Of a DNA stretch of 40,000 nucleotides, positions 35,035-40,000 are shown piece after piece; position 1 is the stretch's first letter; each line of letters begins with the position of its first letter. The position numbers were made by a program, and so were the translations under genes. Below the pieces are notes generated by a model that was not told the DNA's origin, did no database searches, and saw only the letters and a list, made by a program, of their open reading frames with translations. The stretch covers positions 1,348,274-1,388,273 of the forward strand of contig NZ_CP096889.1 of NCBI RefSeq assembly GCF_004124315.2, written 5' to 3'. The stretch is from Bacillus cabrialesii. GTDB taxonomy: Bacteria > Bacillota > Bacilli > Bacillales > Bacillaceae.

Positions 35035-35054
35035 CTTTTATCTTCTGTTTCACC

Positions 35055-35087
35055 AAAAAACGGTTCCCTAAACAAGGGAACCGTTTT
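35055..35087 (-). terminator. steT terminator
   Basis: CGGTTCCCT-aaaca-AGGGAACCG (35061-35069/35075-35083), with a T-run on the minus strand, directly after the steT stop. Confidence 0.88.
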
Positions 35088-35088
35088 A

Positions 35089-36405
35089 TCAGCTTGCTTT
35101 TCGTTTTTTCATCCAGTAATAAACAGGCAGTCCGGCAAGGCCGATGAGGATGGATAATCCGCAGCTCAGTGTATCTGTGATGAGTGTGCTGCCTAATACA
35201 AAAAATGAGCCCGCGATTGCCAAAATCGGCATGAATGGGTAAAGCGGAACACTGTAGGCGCGCTTTTCTCCCTTTGCTCGCTTGCGGAGGATAAAGACCG
35301 CAAAAAAAGCCATCACATAAAAAATGTAGATCATGAAAATCGAGATTTCCGACAGTTTATCAGGGTTGCTGATCAGCATCATGATCAAAGCCACAGCAAT
35401 CTGGAAGGAAATCGCAATCCATGGTGTGCGGAACGTCGGGTGTACGTGTGACAGCTTTTCAGCGAATGGAAGCTGTTTGCGCTCTGCCATCGCAAATGAA
35501 ACACGCGGGAAAGAAAGGACCTTTCCGTTTAAGCAGCCAAAGATGCTGACAATGATCCCGACACTGATCAGCTTTCCGCCGATTGAACCGAACAGCATGG
35601 TGGCGGCAGTGCTTGTCGCATTTTCGCCAAGTGTGACAATTTCGTTCGCAGACAGGATGTGAAGCAATGCAAAGTTAATGAAAATATAGACGGCTGTTAC
35701 GATTAATAATCCGCCCGTCATTGCACGCGGCAGCAGCTTTTCGGGATTTTTCATTTCACCGCCGAGAGCGGCTAGAAGAATCCATCCGTCGTACGCAAAT
35801 AGTGTAGCCAAAATAGCTGCCCCGAAGTTCATATCGGAAATGCTTTCGTTTACTGCTGTGAAGATGTGCTGATCGCCTTTCCAAAGGCCAAAAATAATGA
35901 TGCATGCAATCGGGATCAGCTTACCGATCGTTGTCAGCGTTTGGACAAAGCCCCCGTATTTTGTACCGATAATATTAATGACGCATAAAAAGAGAACGGC
36001 TATAATTCCGATTACCTTTGATAATCCAGATCCCCAGCCGAAAAGATTCGCCATTAAAGATCCAAAATATAAACCCAGCGCGGCAATAATGGCCGGCCCG
36101 TAAATGATAATTTGCACCCAGCCGCACAAAAATCCCCAAAACTCGCCGTACACTTCTTCAAGATACGTATAAAGCCCGCCGGTTTTTGGAATCTGCGTTC
36201 CGATTTCCGCGATTGTCAAACCGCCCGCCAGTGTTAAAATACCGCCTAACAGCCAGGCGAAAAGCGCTGTTTTTGAATCGCCAGAATAAGCGAGCACAGC
36301 GCCAGGCTTCATAAAAACACCAGACCCGATAATGGTTCCGATGACAAGAGTAAGGGCAAACAAGAGGCCTATCTCTTTTTTCAAACCGTTGTCTTCAGTA
36401 TGCAT
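35089..36405 (-). CDS. steT: APC/LAT-family serine/threonine exchanger
   Basis: 438 aa with 12 predicted TM segments. RBS is TAGGAGGTTAAGGAC before the ATG. Confidence 0.9.
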   Translation of the reverse strand: MHTEDNGLKKEIGLLFALTLVIGTIIGSGVFMKPGAVLAYSGDSKTALFAWLLGGILTLAGGLTIAEIGTQIPKTGGLYTYLEEVYGEFWGFLCGWVQIIIYGPAIIAALGLYFGSLMANLFGWGSGLSKVIGIIAVLFLCVINIIGTKYGGFVQTLTTIGKLIPIACIIIFGLWKGDQHIFTAVNESISDMNFGAAILATLFAYDGWILLAALGGEMKNPEKLLPRAMTGGLLIVTAVYIFINFALLHILSANEIVTLGENATSTAATMLFGSIGGKLISVGIIVSIFGCLNGKVLSFPRVSFAMAERKQLPFAEKLSHVHPTFRTPWIAISFQIAVALIMMLISNPDKLSEISIFMIYIFYVMAFFAVFILRKRAKGEKRAYSVPLYPFMPILAIAGSFFVLGSTLITDTLSCGLSILIGLAGLPVYYWMKKRKAS

Positions 36406-36751
36406 GTCCTTAACCTCCTATGATGTTGAAGCTTCATGATGAAGAATCTATTTTTCATATTGTAAACCCTATTTTAGAAAAGTGAAATAAAATAAATTTT
36501 CTGATTTTCGATATTTGCTTTGTGTATGGCTGATAAATTGGTGGAAACGCCTGCTTTATTAAGTAGGAACCGAATAAATATATGTGTTTTATATTTTATA
36601 GTTCGTATTTCACATACGTGTTTTAACCGATTTGGAGTGCGCTATGAGGAGTCTGCGCAATAACAAGCCTTCGCTGAAGCTGATAAGTTGACTTTCCCGT
36701 GGGAATAAAATACCTTGTTACTAGAACAATAAATGTACAACTATGATACGA

Positions 36752-36769
36752 TATCTCGAAATCGAGATA
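36752..36769. promoter_or_regulatory. MhqR-type operator palindrome TATCTCGA-AA-TCGAGATA
   Basis: Perfect 8-bp inverted arms 23 nt upstream of the mhqA ATG, just downstream of a TATGAT -10 candidate (36742-36747). Confidence 0.7.
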
Positions 36770-36791
36770 AAATGACCTGGAGGGACAGCAT

Positions 36792-37742
36792 ATGAAAGTC
36801 AACGGCATTCACCACGTGTCAGCACTAACAGCCGACGCACAAAAAAACTTAGATTTCTATAAGAAGGTATTAGGGTTAAAGCTTGTCAAAAAATCCGTCA
36901 ACCAAGATGAACCGACAATGTACCATCTGTTTTACGGAGATGAAGTGGCAAATCCGGGAACTGAGCTGACGTTTTTCGAGATTCCCCGTATTGCGCCGTT
37001 TCATGCGGGAACAAACAGTATTTCTTCTATTGGTTTGCGTGTTCCAAGCACAGAAGCCCTGCATTACTGGAAAGAACGTTTTGAAGAGCATCAGGTGGCG
37101 CATAGCGGCATCACCAAAAGAGCAGGACGTGACATATTGGCATTCCAAGATCATGAAGGACAGCGCCTCGTGCTGACTGCTGATGAGAAAGGCAAAGGAT
37201 ATGGTCTGCCTGTTAAACAAAGCGGCATTCCTGAAGAATTTTCGTTTCGCGGGTTAGGGCCGGTTGAACTGACTGTGCCATACGCTGAAGCGACCTTACA
37301 CGTATTAACGAATATTCTTGGATTTACAGAAATCAGCCGTGAAGCAGTCGAAGGACAAGGAACCGCTATTATTTTGGAATCTGGAGAAGGAGGCGCGGCA
37401 ACGGAAATCCATTTATTAGAAAGAAACGATCTTCCGCGCGAGCGCCAAGGCAAAGGAAGTGTTCACCATGTCGCATTTCGGGTCAGAGATGAAGAAGAAC
37501 TTGCCGGGTGGCACCAGATCATCAGCCGTGAAGGCTATAGCAATTCAGGCATCGTTGAACGCTACTACTTCAAGGCGCTGTATTTCAGAGAGCCGAACGG
37601 TATTTTGTTCGAGCTATCAACTGACGGACCGGGCTTTATGGTTGATGAAAATCTTGATGAGCTTGGCCAAACGATCGCTCTTCCTCCGTATCTTGAACAT
37701 CGAAGAGCTGAAATTGAAGCAAAACTAAAACCGATTCAATAA
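36792..37742 (+). CDS. mhqA: Ring-cleaving dioxygenase / glyoxalase-family hydroquinone resistance protein
   Basis: 316 aa with two VOC/glyoxalase repeats (INGIHHVSALT...; SVHHVAFRV...). Confidence 0.9.
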   Translation: MKVNGIHHVSALTADAQKNLDFYKKVLGLKLVKKSVNQDEPTMYHLFYGDEVANPGTELTFFEIPRIAPFHAGTNSISSIGLRVPSTEALHYWKERFEEHQVAHSGITKRAGRDILAFQDHEGQRLVLTADEKGKGYGLPVKQSGIPEEFSFRGLGPVELTVPYAEATLHVLTNILGFTEISREAVEGQGTAIILESGEGGAATEIHLLERNDLPRERQGKGSVHHVAFRVRDEEELAGWHQIISREGYSNSGIVERYYFKALYFREPNGILFELSTDGPGFMVDENLDELGQTIALPPYLEHRRAEIEAKLKPIQ

Positions 37743-37758
37743 AATCGCAATTCATTTG

Positions 37759-37787
37759 CCTTCCGGCGGCGCCGGAAGGTTTTTTTA
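37759..37787 (+). terminator. mhqA terminator
   Basis: CCTTCCGGCG-g-CGCCGGAAGG followed by TTTTTTTAT. Confidence 0.9.
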
Positions 37788-37972
37788 TTGTCGTCATACA
37801 TTTTGAGACGGCATGTCAGATGCCGATTGGGAGAAAAGGCTTAAAATCCGTTGTGTATATGGGCGATCGGTATGAAATGGACTCGGCAAAAATATTGTCT
37901 TTGTTTATTAATAGTTTATTCATATTTGCTTGTTACACTATTTCAAAGTTAGACAAAAAGGAGTGAAAACAC

Positions 37973-40000
37973 GTGGAAAAGAAAAAACGCGAGCTGGATA
38001 TCGTCCTCATCCTCATTTTGCTCGCATCTGCATTCTTAAATATTTATAACATTTGGAAGGACGACACGGTGAATCCTTATTACACCGCGGCAGTTACAAG
38101 TATGATGCAAAGCTTTCATAATTTCTTTTATGCTTCGTTCGATGCTGCCGGCTTTATAACAGTTGATAAACCGCCTGTTACATATCAAATCCAGACGATC
38201 AGCGCACTGATATTCGGGATGCACGGGTGGAGTGTCATTCTGCCTCAGGCATTGGCCGGTGTAGGCTCAGTCCTTCTGATGTACTTGCTAGTTAAGCCGA
38301 CATTCGGAAAAACGGCGGCGCGCATTGCTTCATTTGTGATGGCGTGTACACCGATTGCTGTAGCTGTAGCGCGCACAAACAATGTTGATGCATTACTGGT
38401 GTTTTTCTTATTGCTGGCTACATGGCTTCTCTTCAAAGCGATTAGAAAAGGAAAACTGATCTGGCTGTTAGCGGCGTTTTTCGTTGTTGGAGTAGGTTTC
38501 AATACGAAAATGCTTCAGGCTTATATGATTTTACCGGCCTTCCTATTGTTCTATTTGATTGCGGCAAACGCCACTATTAAGAAAAAAATCATTTCGTTGG
38601 TAAGTGCGTTAGCCGTATTAGCAGCCGTTTCGTTATCATGGCCGCTCATTGTTGACAATATCCCTGCAAGCAAGCGGCCTTATATCGGAAGCAGCCAGAC
38701 CAACTCTGTTTTGGAATTGGCTTTCGGCTATAACGGAATTCAGCGGCTGACAGGCCAAAATTCCGGAGGCGGACAGGGGGGACCAAACGGAGACGCTTCA
38801 AAAGAAATGTCTTCATCTGATAACAGTTCAACACAGACTCAAGCACCGCCTAGTCCATCATCAAACAGCAGCTCATCAAGTGATGACAAATCATCCAATG
38901 GCAATATGACGGCACCTCCATCCAATGGCCAAATGCCAAACGGCGGTCAAGAAGGCCCTCCGAGCGGCGGAGATGGCGGCCAAGGCGGACCCGGCGGAGA
39001 CGGAGGGAAAGGCGGTACAGGAACCGGCTCGAAAATGCAATCAGGTTCAGGAATGTTCGGAACAGGAACACCTGGCCCGCTGAGACTCTTCCAACAAGAA
39101 TTATCTGATCAAATCAGCTGGCTTCTGCCGTTTGCGATTTTTGGAATTGCCGGCTTACTGATCGCAGGCGTGAGAGAAAGAAGAAGATTATCTGCACAGC
39201 AGAAGGAAACGTTGTTCTGGGTTGCATGGCTTGTGCCGATTGCCGGATTCTTCAGTGTGGCAGAATTTTTCCACCATTATTATCTCATTATGCTGGCACC
39301 ACCGATTGCGGCTCTTGTCGGTGCGGGATGGGTTGCCCTTGTTCATCTTTACCGTAATCAGACTGGCTGGAAATCATGGCTTCTGCCGACAGCGATTATT
39401 GCGACAACTGGATTTGAATTATTTATTCTCAGAAACTACTATGATCAAATCGGAGTGGGCTGGAGCATTGGCGTAGGTGTGATCGGCGCGCTGTCAGCGA
39501 TTGCTCTGCTGCTGTTTAAACAGCGTCAAAAACCGATCAGTTATTATGTATCACTTGCAGCTCTTCTCGCGTTGCTGATGATGCCGATTTATTGGGCAAG
39601 CACACCGCTTCTTTACGGAGGCAACAGCTCACAGCCTGAAACAGGGCCTCAGCTCGCATCTATGAGCGGAAAAGGCATGGGAATGTCTGATGCGGCTGTA
39701 AATGAAAAACTGATCAAATATCTGGAGGAGAATAACTCCGGAGCTGAGTACCTATTCGCCACAACCGACTCGAACACAGCGGCGCCATATATTATTAAAA
39801 CGAAAAAAGCTGTTATGACTATTGGCGGATTCAGCGGTTCTGACCCTGCTATCACGCTGACTCAATTTAAAAAGCTCGTAAAAGAAGGAAAAGTAAAATA
39901 CTTCTTGGCTTCTGGAATGGGAAGAGGCGGAAACAACGATATTGTTGAATGGGTTCAGAAAAACGGGAAGAAAGTGTCTTCAGATAAATGGCAATCAAGC
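37973..40000 (+). CDS. ykcB: GT39/ArnT-like polytopic glycosyltransferase, 3' end outside the window (not in ORF track because no stop is reached)
   Basis: GTG 37973 follows AAAAAGGAG. I translated 676 codons by eye to nt 40000 and met no stop. Product starts VEKKKRELDIVLILILLASAFLNIYNIWKDDTVNPYYTAAVTSMMQSF...ITVDKPP... Confidence 0.85.
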   Translation, partial: MEKKKRELDIVLILILLASAFLNIYNIWKDDTVNPYYTAAVTSMMQSFHNFFYASFDAAGFITVDKPPVTYQIQTISALIFGMHGWSVILPQALAGVGSVLLMYLLVKPTFGKTAARIASFVMACTPIAVAVARTNNVDALLVFFLLLATWLLFKAIRKGKLIWLLAAFFVVGVGFNTKMLQAYMILPAFLLFYLIAANATIKKKIISLVSALAVLAAVSLSWPLIVDNIPASKRPYIGSSQTNSVLELAFGYNGIQRLTGQNSGGGQGGPNGDASKEMSSSDNSSTQTQAPPSPSSNSSSSSDDKSSNGNMTAPPSNGQMPNGGQEGPPSGGDGGQGGPGGDGGKGGTGTGSKMQSGSGMFGTGTPGPLRLFQQELSDQISWLLPFAIFGIAGLLIAGVRERRRLSAQQKETLFWVAWLVPIAGFFSVAEFFHHYYLIMLAPPIAALVGAGWVALVHLYRNQTGWKSWLLPTAIIATTGFELFILRNYYDQIGVGWSIGVGVIGALSAIALLLFKQRQKPISYYVSLAALLALLMMPIYWASTPLLYGGNSSQPETGPQLASMSGKGMGMSDAAVNEKLIKYLEENNSGAEYLFATTDSNTAAPYIIKTKKAVMTIGGFSGSDPAITLTQFKKLVKEGKVKYFLASGMGRGGNNDIVEWVQKNGKKVSSDKWQSS

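Noticed and set aside
36406-36460. Overlapping palindromes CTTCATCATGAAG / GAAGCTTC in the steT 5' UTR
   Set aside because: The stems are short (4-6 bp) with minimal loops, and no T-tract or recognisable regulator motif is present. There is not enough evidence to call a regulatory element.
36540-36552. T-box-like string GGTGGAAACGCC in the steT-mhqA intergenic region
   Set aside because: It matches only 9 of 12 positions of the T-box core. It lies on the strand facing mhqA, which is not an amino-acid gene. No specifier-loop, antiterminator or terminator architecture follows it.
36623-36808. 61-aa minus-strand ORF spanning the mhqA promoter and start
   Set aside because: It overlaps the MhqR operator and the mhqA SD and start. 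It has no SD and an implausible sequence.
1-40000. Scan by eye for CRISPR arrays, tRNA/rRNA genes, IS elements or transposases, an integrase, and flanking att-type direct repeats
   Set aside because: None was seen. A visual scan cannot exclude short or degenerate att repeats. A computational repeat search of 1-3930 versus 31900-33200 would be decisive.

Overview
This window is a Bacillus subtilis-group chromosomal segment carrying a complete PBSX-type defective prophage, i.e. a contractile phage-tail-like particle locus. The element comprises the xkdA-xre control region, the xkdB-to-xpf early operon and a roughly 23.5 kb late operon from xtmA to xlyA. On the left it is flanked by rapA'-phrA, yjpA, xlyB and yjqABC. 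On the right it is flanked by spoIIS(C)BA, pit-ykaA, steT, mhqA and ykcB'. ykcB runs off the window end, so it is absent from the ORF track.

Gene order and most proteins match what I remember of strain 168, with two exceptions. The tape-measure gene has 1434 codons, an 84-bp tandem duplication and a Cys6 run. The distal three quarters of the tail-fibre gene xkdV is visibly more A/T-rich than its neighbours. Both look like exchanged cassettes.

Several signals can be read directly from the sequence:
- four GATAC-N5-GTATC Xre operators;
- a Cheo/LexA box just upstream of the xkdA RBS;
- a 23-nt motif shared (19/23) by the xpf-xtmA gap and the xlyB upstream region;
- strong intrinsic terminators before xpf, after xkdM and after xkdR;
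- an A_AAA_AAC -1 frameshift site at the end of xkdN;
- an MhqR-type palindrome before mhqA;
- several small ORFs below the track cutoff.

I saw no tRNA, rRNA, CRISPR array, transposase or integrase. I did not find a convincing, wholly new multi-gene system. The best follow-up candidates are listed in the findings, with their limits stated.
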